Below the pieces are notes generated by a model that saw nothing but the letters and a program-made list of their open reading frames with translations, was not told the origin of the DNA and did not search any database. DNA of 64,000 nucleotides from an uncultured Microbacterium sp. Its GTDB lineage: Bacteria; Actinomycetota; Actinomycetes; Actinomycetales; Microbacteriaceae. A program made the translations under genes and the position numbers. Positions 53,459 to 63,106 of the stretch are shown in pieces (the stretch's first letter is position 1; every line of letters begins with the position of its first letter). The stretch is from NCBI RefSeq assembly GCF_900078385.1, contig NZ_FLQR01000012.1, positions 39,003 to 103,002 on the forward strand, read 5' to 3'.

Positions 53459-56139
53459 TCGTCCTCCCGTACGAGAGGAGCGAGCGCCGTCGGGACGCGG
53501 ACGGAGGACACGACGGCGACACACGCCGCCACGACGCCGACGAGCGCGACGGCCAGCGGAAGCCACGGCCACACGAGCGGGACGGGGTACGACCCGGGGA
53601 TCGTCCGGTAGGCGGCCCGCACGAGCGGCGGCACGATGAGCGTCGCCGTCACGACACCGGCGACCACGCCGCCGACGACGCCGATGGCGAGGGCGAAGAG
53701 GTCCTCCGCGCGGCGAAGGCCCGCGGCGCGGCGGCGGCCGAGGCCCAGGACGGCCAGCAGGGCGAGTTCGCGCGCATCCGCCCGCGTGCGCGTCCGGCGG
53801 AGGAACAGCACGAGGAGGGCGAGGACCGCGGTGCCCGCCGCCGCGAGCACGAATCCCCACGCCGTTCCGGCGGCATCCCGCCCGGAGCGCGGGTCCGCCA
53901 CCAGGACGGTCGTCTGGGGATGCGCGGCCTCCACGGCCGCGGCGACCGCCGCCGCGTCCCCGCTCGCGAGCCACGCCTGGTTCGGCACGATGTCCTCCGG
54001 CGACAGCAGCGAGAGGGTCGCCAGGTCCACGAGGATCCCCTCGCCGGCCGGCGCCCCCGGCAGCACCGGGATGATGTCCGCGACCGTGACCTCCGCCTCG
54101 ACGTCCGGGGATGCGAACTCCAGGGCGATCCGGTCGCCGACCTCGAGGCTGAGCGACGACGCGAGCTGCGCCGTCATGACGACCGGGGCGGCGTCCGGGG
54201 CGCCCGCGACGACGGCGCGCGTCGGCGGCGGGTCCACGCCGTCGGGGACGACGGACAGCACGACGGCGTCCGCGCGCGGCTCGACCTCGCCGGGCGTCCC
54301 GGGCGCCGGCGCGAGGGCCGCGAGGTCGACGGCGACGCCACCGCTCACGACGTCGGACACCGTGACCCGGCCGTCACCGACGACCATCGACATGTCGGCG
54401 AACTGGATCCGGGCGTCGATGCCGACCAGGGTCCAGGTCGCGCCCGCGGGCAGCTCCACCGTCTCGGTGACCCGGTCCCGGACCTCGATCTCCTGGAACG
54501 TCCCGTCATCGCCCTCGACGGTCGTGATCCGCACGTTTCCGACCGCGGCCCGCCAGACGGCTCCGCCGTCCGAGACGAACATCAGGCTCACGGTGACGGG
54601 CACGGCTCCCTGCTCGAGGACCTCGCCGTCGATCTCGATCGCCGGCATCTCGTCGGCCGTCACCGTGAAGGTCACCTCCTCGCCGTCGAGCGGGATGCCG
54701 ATGGCCTCGCCGCCGATCGCCGTGCCGATGGCGGCGGGGTCGATCGTGCCGCCCGCATCGAGCATGACCCGGCCGAGCTGCGCCGATTCCGCCGCGAGCA
54801 CCGGCATCCGGCGATCGGGCCCCTGCGCGGAGAACGCCCGGACGAGCATCGCGGCATCCGGCGAGCCCGACCGCGCGACCTCGACCGCCGCGAGCGTGTC
54901 GGGAATCGTCGTCACGCGTACGTCCGCGCCGACCCGGAAGGCCTCGGGAGCATCGCCGAGCGCCGAGATGCTGCCCTGATAGCCGGCCGCGACCGTCGCG
55001 GCGCCGACCGCGAACGCGACGGCGGCGATCGGGAGCGCGTGCCGGCCGGGACGGCGGGAGACGAGCCGGAGGGGCGTCACGGGCAGGACCCCCCGCGACG
55101 CGCGGAGCAGCGCCGCGACGGCGCGCGCGGCCGGGGTCGCCAGGAGCACGGCGGCGAGCGCCGCGAGCACCAGGATGAGCGCGGGCGCCACGGCCACGAG
55201 CGGGTCCAGGAGCGTCGCGTCACCGGCGGACACGACGGGCGTGCCGGCCTGCGCGAACCGCCAGGCCGCGAGCGCGGTCAGGACCGCCAGGACCACGGCG
55301 ACGCCCGCGAACGCCGCGACGTCGGCCCGCGAAGAGCGCCGGTCGGCGGTCCGCGCCGCCACGATCACGGCGACGAGCGTGGCCGTGAGCGCGACGGCCA
55401 CAGCCGCGGCCGCCGCGACGAGGAGACCGGGCGTCGTCGCGGAGGTGATCGCGACGACGGCGAGCGCCGTTGCGGCGCCGACGAGCGCACCGGCCAGGCT
55501 GACGACGCCCACCTCGAGCGCCGTCATCGCGGCGATGCCGCGTCGCCGCGCGCCGCGGGCCCGGAGGAGCAGCGTCTCCGTCATCCGCGCGCGCACGGGC
55601 TCGAGCCCGACCGCACCGACGACGACGGTCGTCACCACGGCGAGGAGGGCCACGGCGACGGCGGCCGGCCCGCGCCGGGCCTGAAGTCCTTCGGCGAGGG
55701 TCTCCAGGGTGGCCGGCAGTCCGCCGGCGACCTGGACCCGCGCATCGACGGCCTCCGCCACATCGTCGCGGAGCGCGCGCAGGGCCGCGCCCGCCGTCTC
55801 GATCGTGTCACCGGTCACCCGTGCGACGGTCATCCGCACGGTGACACCGGATTCCGCGTCGATCGTCGTGACGCCGGCGGCGCCGCGCGCACGCAGGGAG
55901 TCCGCGACCGCGCGGCGCAGGGCGTCGGGATCGGCATCCGGCGCGGTCACCGTGACGAGGGCGGCGTCGCCCGACGCGGCGGCGATCGCGGATCGGGCGG
56001 CGGCGGTCTCCCCGGACCGCACCCCGGCCACGACCCCCACCAGCAGCGCGGAGGCGATCGCGGCGACGACGGCGAGGGTGACGAGGACGGGAAGGGCCGC
56101 GCGGGCGCGGGCGAGCGCGTAGTGCGCTCCGCCCGTCAT
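53455..56139 (-). CDS. Large FtsX/MacB-type ABC permease
   Basis: LLLRARGA, LALLAVLGL FtsX signatures; large extracytoplasmic domain. Confidence 0.85.
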   Translation of the reverse strand: MTGGAHYALARARAALPVLVTLAVVAAIASALLVGVVAGVRSGETAAARSAIAAASGDAALVTVTAPDADPDALRRAVADSLRARGAAGVTTIDAESGVTVRMTVARVTGDTIETAGAALRALRDDVAEAVDARVQVAGGLPATLETLAEGLQARRGPAAVAVALLAVVTTVVVGAVGLEPVRARMTETLLLRARGARRRGIAAMTALEVGVVSLAGALVGAATALAVVAITSATTPGLLVAAAAAVAVALTATLVAVIVAARTADRRSSRADVAAFAGVAVVLAVLTALAAWRFAQAGTPVVSAGDATLLDPLVAVAPALILVLAALAAVLLATPAARAVAALLRASRGVLPVTPLRLVSRRPGRHALPIAAVAFAVGAATVAAGYQGSISALGDAPEAFRVGADVRVTTIPDTLAAVEVARSGSPDAAMLVRAFSAQGPDRRMPVLAAESAQLGRVMLDAGGTIDPAAIGTAIGGEAIGIPLDGEEVTFTVTADEMPAIEIDGEVLEQGAVPVTVSLMFVSDGGAVWRAAVGNVRITTVEGDDGTFQEIEVRDRVTETVELPAGATWTLVGIDARIQFADMSMVVGDGRVTVSDVVSGGVAVDLAALAPAPGTPGEVEPRADAVVLSVVPDGVDPPPTRAVVAGAPDAAPVVMTAQLASSLSLEVGDRIALEFASPDVEAEVTVADIIPVLPGAPAGEGILVDLATLSLLSPEDIVPNQAWLASGDAAAVAAAVEAAHPQTTVLVADPRSGRDAAGTAWGFVLAAAGTAVLALLVLFLRRTRTRADARELALLAVLGLGRRRAAGLRRAEDLFALAIGVVGGVVAGVVTATLIVPPLVRAAYRTIPGSYPVPLVWPWLPLAVALVGVVAACVAVVSSVRVPTALAPLVREDE

Positions 56140-56252
56140 GCAGCGGTCCCCGAGGTCATCACTGCACCCTAACGCGGCGCCGCGGAGGGCGACTCGAAGA
56201 CCTCATCGGCGGGTGGTCGACAGCGGGGCCCGACACCGTGAATAATAGAGGT

Positions 56253-56879
56253 ATGACCACAGGACGCCCCGCGGGGTACAGCGCCATCTCGAGCTACTCC
56301 CGAGTGGAGCTGCTGCACCTGATCCAGGGGCAGCAGGAGCGCACGATCACCGACCTGGTGGCCGCGACGGGCCTGCATGCGAACACCGTGCGCGAGCACC
56401 TCCAGCGCCTCATCGACGACGGCTACGTCGTCGCGCACAGCGAGCACCGCACGACGCGCGGACGCCCGCGCGTGCTGTACAGCGCCGCCGACGGGGCAGG
56501 CGCCTCCAGCGTCGTGCAGCAGCGCAAGGTGAAGGCCGCCGCCGAACGCGGCGACCTCCTCCGCCGCGTGCTCCCGGGCACGCAGAACATCGAGCTGGAC
56601 ACGGCGGCGCTGCATCAGGTCGACGCCGTCGTCGAAGACCTGATGGATGCCGGCTTCGACCCGCTCATCGACGAAGAGGCCCTCACGATCGACCTGACGC
56701 CCTGCGCGCACGCGGAGTCCCAGGCCGCACACCGGGAAGTGCTGTGCAGCGTGCACCTGAGCCTCATGCAGAGCGTCCTCACCGAGGCGGGCGGCCCGCT
56801 GTCGATCGACGGCATGCGATCCTCGTGCGACCCGACCGAGTGCGTCGTGCAGCTGCTGCACGCCGGTCACCGGCAGTAG
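56253..56879 (+). CDS. ArsR/SufR-like HTH regulator with Cys/His-rich C-terminus
   Basis: LHANTVREHLQRL, RGRPRVLY; PCAH, LCSVH, SCDPTEC. Confidence 0.8.
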   Translation: MTTGRPAGYSAISSYSRVELLHLIQGQQERTITDLVAATGLHANTVREHLQRLIDDGYVVAHSEHRTTRGRPRVLYSAADGAGASSVVQQRKVKAAAERGDLLRRVLPGTQNIELDTAALHQVDAVVEDLMDAGFDPLIDEEALTIDLTPCAHAESQAAHREVLCSVHLSLMQSVLTEAGGPLSIDGMRSSCDPTECVVQLLHAGHRQ

Positions 56880-56889
56880 CGGTCACCGT

Positions 56890-57726
56890 TCACTCCCGGA
56901 TGCGGTCCGCCCGCGCGTAGGCGTTCATCGACGGGCCGCGGAGGAACCCGACGAGGGTGAGCCCGGAGGCCGTCGCGAGCTCGACGGCGAGAGACGACGG
57001 CGCCGAGACGGCGGCCAGAACCGGCACGCCCGCCATGACGGCCTTCTGCGCGAGCTCGAAACTCGCCCTCCCCGACACCAGGAGCACCGTGCCCCGCAGC
57101 GGCAGGCGGTCGTGCAGCACGGCCCAGCCGACGATCTTGTCGACCGCGTTGTGCCGCCCGACGTCTTCGCGCAGCACGAGGAGCTCGCCCGTCGCGGCGT
57201 CGAAGAGCCCTGCCGCATGCAGTCCCCCGGTCTTGTCGAACGCCGCCTGCTGCGCGCGCAGCGCGTCCGGGAGGGCGGCGAGTGTCGCGGCCGACACCGA
57301 CACGGCATCGTCTGCGACGTCGTACGCGGAGATCGTCTCGATCGCCTCGATCGACCCCTTCCCGCACATGCCGCACGAGCTCGTCGTGTAGAAGTTGCGG
57401 GCGAGGTCGGCGGACGGCGGCTGCACGCCCGGCGCGAGCGTGATGTCGAGGACGTTGTAGGTGTTGCCGTCCGCACCGCCCGTGCCCGGACCGCCGCAAT
57501 GGATCGCGGAGGCGAACTGGTCACCGCGGGACAGCACGCCCTCGGAGACGAGGAAGCCGGCCGCGAGCTCCACATCGTGGCCCGGTGTGCGCATCGTGAC
57601 GGCGAGCGGGGCGCCGGCGACCCGGATCTCCAGGGGCTCCTCGACGGCGAGTGTGTCGGGGCGCCGCACCCGGTCCCCGCCGACGGTGATCTTCACGACG
57701 GGGCTCCGTGTGGTGATGCGCCCCAT
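56890..57726 (-). CDS. fdhD: Formate dehydrogenase accessory sulfurtransferase FdhD
   Basis: [32 protein letters not shown]. Confidence 0.93.
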   Translation of the reverse strand: MGRITTRSPVVKITVGGDRVRRPDTLAVEEPLEIRVAGAPLAVTMRTPGHDVELAAGFLVSEGVLSRGDQFASAIHCGGPGTGGADGNTYNVLDITLAPGVQPPSADLARNFYTTSSCGMCGKGSIEAIETISAYDVADDAVSVSAATLAALPDALRAQQAAFDKTGGLHAAGLFDAATGELLVLREDVGRHNAVDKIVGWAVLHDRLPLRGTVLLVSGRASFELAQKAVMAGVPVLAAVSAPSSLAVELATASGLTLVGFLRGPSMNAYARADRIRE

Positions 57727-57727
57727 G

Positions 57728-58795
57728 TCAGCCGCCGATCGCGTTCATGCCGCGCGCCGGCTGCAGGAACGCGGGGTCGTCGATCGCGTGGCCCGGCAGC
57801 TTGCCGTGCACGCACGCGCGCAGCATCCGCTCGAGGTCGCCGTCGACGACGCCGTCGTCGCCTCCGGAGCGCAGTATCGGAACCAGGTCGTACTCGGTCA
57901 CGGAGAACAGGCAGTTGCGCAGCTGGCCGTCGGCGGTGAGGCGCAGGCGGTCGCAGTCCCCGCAGAACGGCGCCGTGACGCTCGCGATGACGCCGACGGC
58001 GTCCGGACCGCCGTCGAGGAGGAACCGCTCGGCGGGCGCTCCGCCGCGACCGGGGACGGGGGTCAGCTGCCAGTGCCGGCCGAGCTCGGCGAGGATCTCC
58101 GCCCGCGTCACCATCGCGCTCCGATCCCACGTGTGACCGGCATCGAGCGGCATCTGCTCGATGAACCGCATCTGCGCGCCGTGCGCGACGGCGAAGCGGA
58201 CGAGGTCGGCGAGCTCGTCGTCGTTGACGCCGCGCATCGCGACGGCGTTGAGCTTGAGGGGACGCAGGCCCGAGCGTGCGGCGGCGGCGATGCCGGCGAG
58301 GACGTCGTCCAGCCGGTCGCGGCGCGTGAGGGCGTGGAACCGCTCACGGTCGAGCGTGTCGATGGAGATGTTGAGGCGGTGCAGCCCCGCGGCGACGAGG
58401 TCAGGGAGCAGGTCGGGCAGGCGGATGCCGTTGGTCGTCATGGCGATCTGCACCGGGCCGCCCGCGCCCTCGATGCCCGCGAGCCGGCGGACCACCTCGA
58501 CGAGGTCGGGCCGCAGGAGGGGCTCCCCGCCGGTCAGGCGGAAGGTCGTGACCCCCGCGGCGGCCGCGATCCCGGCGACGCGCACGATCTCGTCGGTCGT
58601 GAGGATGCCGGCGCGCGCGAGCCACTCGTTGCCCTGCTCCGGCATGCAGTACGTGCAGCGCAGGGAGCAGCGGTCGGTGAGCGAGATCCGCAGGTCGCGG
58701 TGCACGCGCCCGAACGTGTCCACGAGCGGGCCGCCGGCCTCCCCGGGCGTCGTCGACGGCGCCCGGTGGGCGAGCGTGACGGGGACGGCGACCAT
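57728..58795 (-). CDS. moaA: GTP 3',8-cyclase MoaA
   Basis: CSLRCTYC radical-SAM motif, FCGDCDR...NC, terminal IGG. Confidence 0.95.
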   Translation of the reverse strand: MVAVPVTLAHRAPSTTPGEAGGPLVDTFGRVHRDLRISLTDRCSLRCTYCMPEQGNEWLARAGILTTDEIVRVAGIAAAAGVTTFRLTGGEPLLRPDLVEVVRRLAGIEGAGGPVQIAMTTNGIRLPDLLPDLVAAGLHRLNISIDTLDRERFHALTRRDRLDDVLAGIAAAARSGLRPLKLNAVAMRGVNDDELADLVRFAVAHGAQMRFIEQMPLDAGHTWDRSAMVTRAEILAELGRHWQLTPVPGRGGAPAERFLLDGGPDAVGVIASVTAPFCGDCDRLRLTADGQLRNCLFSVTEYDLVPILRSGGDDGVVDGDLERMLRACVHGKLPGHAIDDPAFLQPARGMNAIGG

Positions 58796-58925
58796 GCTCC
58801 GAGGCTACCCGCGCTGGCGGCGCCGAGGGCCTCCCGGCGGCTCGAGCTATTTTGCACGGCCGTCCCCCTCCCGCCGCGACGGCGGCCTCGGTACCGTGAC
58901 CTTCAGATACGGGGAAGGACCGGGG

Positions 58926-60371
58926 ATGGATCTGCTCGACCCTCTGCTGCTCGCACGCTGGCAATTCGGACTGACGACGCTCTACCACTTCCTGTTCGTG
59001 CCGCTGACTCTCGGCATGGCACTGACGGTGGCGATCTTCCAGACGACCTGGTTCCGCACCGGGAACGTGAAGTGGCTGCACCTCACGCGCTTCTTCGGGA
59101 AGATCTTCCTCATCAACTTCGCCATGGGCGTCGTCACCGGCATCGTGCAGGAGTTCCAGTTCGGCATGAACTGGTCGTCGTACTCCCGCTTCGTCGGCGA
59201 TGTGTTCGGCGCACCGCTCGCGTTCGAGGGCCTCATGGCATTCTTCTTCGAGGCGACCTTCATCGGCCTGTGGATCTTCGGCTGGGACAAGCTCCCGAAG
59301 GCCCTGCACCTCGCCAGCATCTGGATCGCGACGATCGGCGCCTGGTTCTCGGCGTACTTCATCCTCGCCGCGAACGCCTTCATGCAGAACCCCGTCGGCT
59401 ACCAGATGGCGCAGGACGGCCACCGGGCCGAGATGACCGACTTCCTCGCCGTCCTCACGAACCCCGTCGCGCTCGCGGCCCTGCCGCACACGCTGTCGGC
59501 CGCGTTCATGATGACCGCCGGCGTGATCATCTCCATCTCCGCGTGGCACCTCATGCGCGGCCAGAACCTCGAGATGATGCGCCCCGCGCTGAAGTACGGG
59601 CTGTGGGGCATGATCGTCTCCTTCGCCGCCGTCGCGCTCTCCGGCGACCAGCTGGGCCTCGTGATGGTGCAGACGCAGCCGATGAAGATGGCGGCGGCCG
59701 AGGCGCTGTTCGACTCCGCGTGCGGCGCGGACGCCTCGTTCTCGCTCTTCTCGATCGGCACCCCGGACGGGACCGGCGAGATCTGGTCGCTGCGCGTCCC
59801 GTACCTGCTGGCCTTCCTGTCGACCCACACCCTCGACGGCTGCGTCGAGGGCATCAACGACCTCAACCTGCAGTACACGACCGAGCTCTTCCCGCAGTTC
59901 GCCGACCAGGTCGACGGCAACTTCGCCCCCATCCTCTGGATCACGTACTGGTCGTTCCGCTGGATGATCGGCCTCGGCGCCATCGCAGCCCTTAGCGCCG
60001 TCGTGGGTCTGTGGCTCACCCGCCGCACAGCCAAGCGGGACGTCCCGCCGTGGGCGTGGAAGCTCGCCGTGTGGGCGTGGCCGGCGTCGCTCGGCGCGAT
60101 CCTCATCGGCTGGATCTTCACGGAGATGGGCCGTCAGCCCTGGATCGTGTTCGGTCTCATGCTCACCGAGGACGGCGTCTCCCCCTCCGTCCCGGGCTGG
60201 ACCGTCCTGATCTCGCTCCTCGCGTTCACCGGGATCTACGCGGCGCTCGCCGTCGTCGAGGCCGGCCTCATCATCAAGACGGCCAAGGCCGGCCCCGCGC
60301 CGCTGCCGGGGCCCGACGACCCGGATCCCTCCGACGTCCCGGTCGCAGACACCCCGACGACGGTCTACTAG
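58926..60371 (+). CDS. cydA: Cytochrome bd oxidase subunit I
   Basis: ARWQFG..TLYHFLFVP, GIVQEFQFGMNW, QPMKMAA, EMGRQPW. Confidence 0.97.
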   Translation: MDLLDPLLLARWQFGLTTLYHFLFVPLTLGMALTVAIFQTTWFRTGNVKWLHLTRFFGKIFLINFAMGVVTGIVQEFQFGMNWSSYSRFVGDVFGAPLAFEGLMAFFFEATFIGLWIFGWDKLPKALHLASIWIATIGAWFSAYFILAANAFMQNPVGYQMAQDGHRAEMTDFLAVLTNPVALAALPHTLSAAFMMTAGVIISISAWHLMRGQNLEMMRPALKYGLWGMIVSFAAVALSGDQLGLVMVQTQPMKMAAAEALFDSACGADASFSLFSIGTPDGTGEIWSLRVPYLLAFLSTHTLDGCVEGINDLNLQYTTELFPQFADQVDGNFAPILWITYWSFRWMIGLGAIAALSAVVGLWLTRRTAKRDVPPWAWKLAVWAWPASLGAILIGWIFTEMGRQPWIVFGLMLTEDGVSPSVPGWTVLISLLAFTGIYAALAVVEAGLIIKTAKAGPAPLPGPDDPDPSDVPVADTPTTVY

Positions 60372-60380
60372 GAGCGCGCC

Positions 60381-61412
60381 ATGGATCTCGCATACGTCTG
60401 GTTCTTCATCGTCGGCGTGCTGTTCGTCGGCTACTTCGTCCTCGACGGGTTCGACTTCGGCGTCGGGATGTCGCTGCCCTTCCTCGGCAAGGACGACGTC
60501 TCCCGCCGCCAGATCATCAACACGATCGGGCCCGTCTGGGACCTCAACGAGACCTGGGTCATCGTCGCCGGCGCGTGCCTGTTCGCGGCGTTCCCGGAGT
60601 GGTACGCGACCCTCTTCAGCGGCTTCTACCTCGCTCTCCTCATCATCCTCCTCGCCCTCATCGCGCGCGGCGTGTCCTTCGAGTACCGGCACCAGCGCGA
60701 CTCGCTGCGCTGGAAGAGGGGGTTCGACCGCATGATCGTCGCCGGCTCGGCGCTCCCGGCGCTGCTGTGGGGCGTCGCGGTCGGCAACATCGTGCAGGGC
60801 GTGCCGATCGACCAGGACCACGAGTTCACGGGCTCGCTGCTCACGCTGCTGAACCCCTACGGCCTCTGGGTCGGCGTCACGACGCTGCTCCTGTTCTGGC
60901 TGCACGGCGTGTACTTCATCGCCCTGAAGACCGACGGGCAGGTGCAGCAGGACGCCCACGCGCTCGCGCGGCGTCTCGCGATCCCGACGGTGGTCTTCGC
61001 CGCCGGCACGGTCGTCTGGACCTACGTCATCGCCGCCGGCCGCGAGGCGCCGCTGCTGTGGGCCGTCGTCGGCTGCGGAGTGATCGCGGCGCTCGCCCTC
61101 CTGGCATCCGTCGTCGCCAACGCGGTCAAACGGGACGGCTGGGCGTTCACCGCCGGCGCCGCGACGATCGTATTCGCCGTGCTGACGCTGTGGCTCGCGC
61201 TCTTCCCGTTCGTCATGCCGTCCTCGACCGACATCGCGTACAGCCTCACGATCGAGAACGCCTCGAGCACCGACTACACGCTGACGATCATGACGTGGGC
61301 CGCGGTCGTCTTCCTGCCGCTCGTGCTGGTGTATCAGGGCTGGACCTACTGGATCTTCCGCAAGCGCGTCACGCGGTCGCGCATCGAGAAGGCGGCCGCG
61401 CTCGCCCACTGA
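60381..61412 (+). CDS. cydB: Cytochrome bd oxidase subunit II
   Basis: LDGFDFG, GPVWDLNETW, YQGWTYWIFRKR. Confidence 0.97.
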   Translation: MDLAYVWFFIVGVLFVGYFVLDGFDFGVGMSLPFLGKDDVSRRQIINTIGPVWDLNETWVIVAGACLFAAFPEWYATLFSGFYLALLIILLALIARGVSFEYRHQRDSLRWKRGFDRMIVAGSALPALLWGVAVGNIVQGVPIDQDHEFTGSLLTLLNPYGLWVGVTTLLLFWLHGVYFIALKTDGQVQQDAHALARRLAIPTVVFAAGTVVWTYVIAAGREAPLLWAVVGCGVIAALALLASVVANAVKRDGWAFTAGAATIVFAVLTLWLALFPFVMPSSTDIAYSLTIENASSTDYTLTIMTWAAVVFLPLVLVYQGWTYWIFRKRVTRSRIEKAAALAH

Positions 61413-61453
61413 ACCGGCGCGGGCACGCCGCGCGCGGATGGCAGGATCGAATC

Positions 61454-63106
61454 ATGGCTTCATCGGGTGGGGCTGCTGCGCGCACACGCAGCCGCCCCGT
61501 CGACCCCCGACTGCTGCGCTACGCGCGCGCCTCGCGCGGGTTCTTCGCGGCGATCGGGGTCGTCGCCGCACTGCAGACCGTCATGATCGTCGCGTTCGCG
61601 TGGCTCCTCACGCGGGCGATCGTCGATGCGCTCGCCGGTCGTGACCTGGCCGGAACACTCGTGGCGCTGGCCGGCGTCGTGGTGCTGCGCGCGGCGCTGC
61701 TCTGGGCGCGCGAGACCATCGCGGCGCGCGCCGCGGCGCGGGTGGAGACGGAGCTGCGCGAGCAGCTGGTCGCCGCCGTGGGCCGGCTCGGACCCGGCTG
61801 GCTCGCCGGGCGCAACTCCGCGCATCTCGCCGTGACCGCCGGTCGCGGGCTGGAGGCGCTCGACGCGTACTTCGGCCGGTACCTGCCGCAGCTCGTGCAG
61901 ACCGTCGTCGCGACCCCCGTGCTGGTGCTCGTCATGTGGTGGGCGGACTGGATCTCCGGCCTGACCGTTCTCCTCACCATCCCCCTCATCCCCCTCTTCA
62001 TGGTCCTCATCGGGCTCGCGACGCGCGCCGTGCAGCAGCGCCAGTGGGAGACCCTCGGCCGCCTGGCCGCGCGCTTCGCCGACACCGTGCGGGGCCTGTC
62101 CACCCTCAAGGTCTTCGGGCGGCAGCACCGTGCCGTGGAGTCGATCCGGCGCCTGACCGGCACGTACCGCCGCGAGACGATGCGGGTGCTGCGGGTGTCG
62201 TTCCTCTCCGGGTTCGCCCTGGAGTTCCTGGCATCCATCTCGGTCGCGATCATCGCCGTCACGATCGGCTTCCGGCTCATCGACGGGTCGCTGACCCTGC
62301 TGGTCGGCCTGTTCGTCCTGCTGCTCGCGCCCGAGGCCTACCTGCCGCTGCGGCAGGTCGGCGTCCAGTTCCACGCGGCCGCCGAGGGCGTCGCCGCGAC
62401 CGACGACGTCTTCGCCGTGCTGGATGCGGCACGGGCTGCCGACGAGCCGACGGCCGTCGCCGCCGTCACGAGCGGCGTGCTCGTGCTGGACGGCCTGCGG
62501 GTGCGCCGCGGCGACCGTCTCCTGCCGCCGGTCTCCCTGACCGCGACGCCCGGCACGGTGACGCTGCTGGAGGGACCGAGCGGAGTGGGCAAGACGAGCA
62601 TCCTCGCGGCTCTGCGGGGGGCGGCGGTCGGCGAGGGCACGGCGACCTTCGGCGGCACGGACGTCGCCCGTCTGGCGCCCTCGACGTGGCTCGCGTGGGC
62701 CGGGCAGGCCCCGGGGCTCGTCGCGGGCACCGTGGCGGAGAACGTGACGCTCGGCGACGACGCGCCCGATGACGCGCTCGTGCAGCGTGCGCTCGTCCTC
62801 GCGGGCGCGAGCGCGCTGGCGCCGCAGAGGGAGCTCGGCGTGCAGGGCGCGGGGCTCTCCGGCGGGCAGGCGCAGCGGGTCGCGGTGGCCCGCGCCTTCT
62901 ACCGCCACCTGCGCGGGCGCGGACCGGTCCTCGCCCTCGACGAGCCGAGCGCCGCCCTCGACGCCGCGACGGAGGCCGAGCTGTGGGCCTCGCTGCAGGC
63001 CGTGGCGCGCGGCGGCGCGACCGTCCTGCTCGTCTCGCACCGTGCGTCGGCCCGCACCATCGCCGACCAGGTGGTGCGGCTGGATGCCGCGGAGGTGACG
63101 GCATGA
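61454..63106 (+). CDS. cydD: Thiol reductant ABC exporter CydD
   Basis: VDPRLLRY, YFGRYLPQ, APEAYLPLRQVG.QFH, GPSGVGKT, LSGGQAQR; start uncertain by a few codons. Confidence 0.9.
   Translation: MASSGGAAARTRSRPVDPRLLRYARASRGFFAAIGVVAALQTVMIVAFAWLLTRAIVDALAGRDLAGTLVALAGVVVLRAALLWARETIAARAAARVETELREQLVAAVGRLGPGWLAGRNSAHLAVTAGRGLEALDAYFGRYLPQLVQTVVATPVLVLVMWWADWISGLTVLLTIPLIPLFMVLIGLATRAVQQRQWETLGRLAARFADTVRGLSTLKVFGRQHRAVESIRRLTGTYRRETMRVLRVSFLSGFALEFLASISVAIIAVTIGFRLIDGSLTLLVGLFVLLLAPEAYLPLRQVGVQFHAAAEGVAATDDVFAVLDAARAADEPTAVAAVTSGVLVLDGLRVRRGDRLLPPVSLTATPGTVTLLEGPSGVGKTSILAALRGAAVGEGTATFGGTDVARLAPSTWLAWAGQAPGLVAGTVAENVTLGDDAPDDALVQRALVLAGASALAPQRELGVQGAGLSGGQAQRVAVARAFYRHLRGRGPVLALDEPSAALDAATEAELWASLQAVARGGATVLLVSHRASARTIADQVVRLDAAEVTA

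Noticed and set aside
49731-53522. 1263-aa ORF as a single giant ABC protein
   Set aside because: Only the last ~331 aa (from ATG 50726) are the ATPase; the upstream part is an off-frame overlap with the permease gene
58401-61409. 1002-aa minus-strand ORF
   Set aside because: Antisense shadow of cydAB
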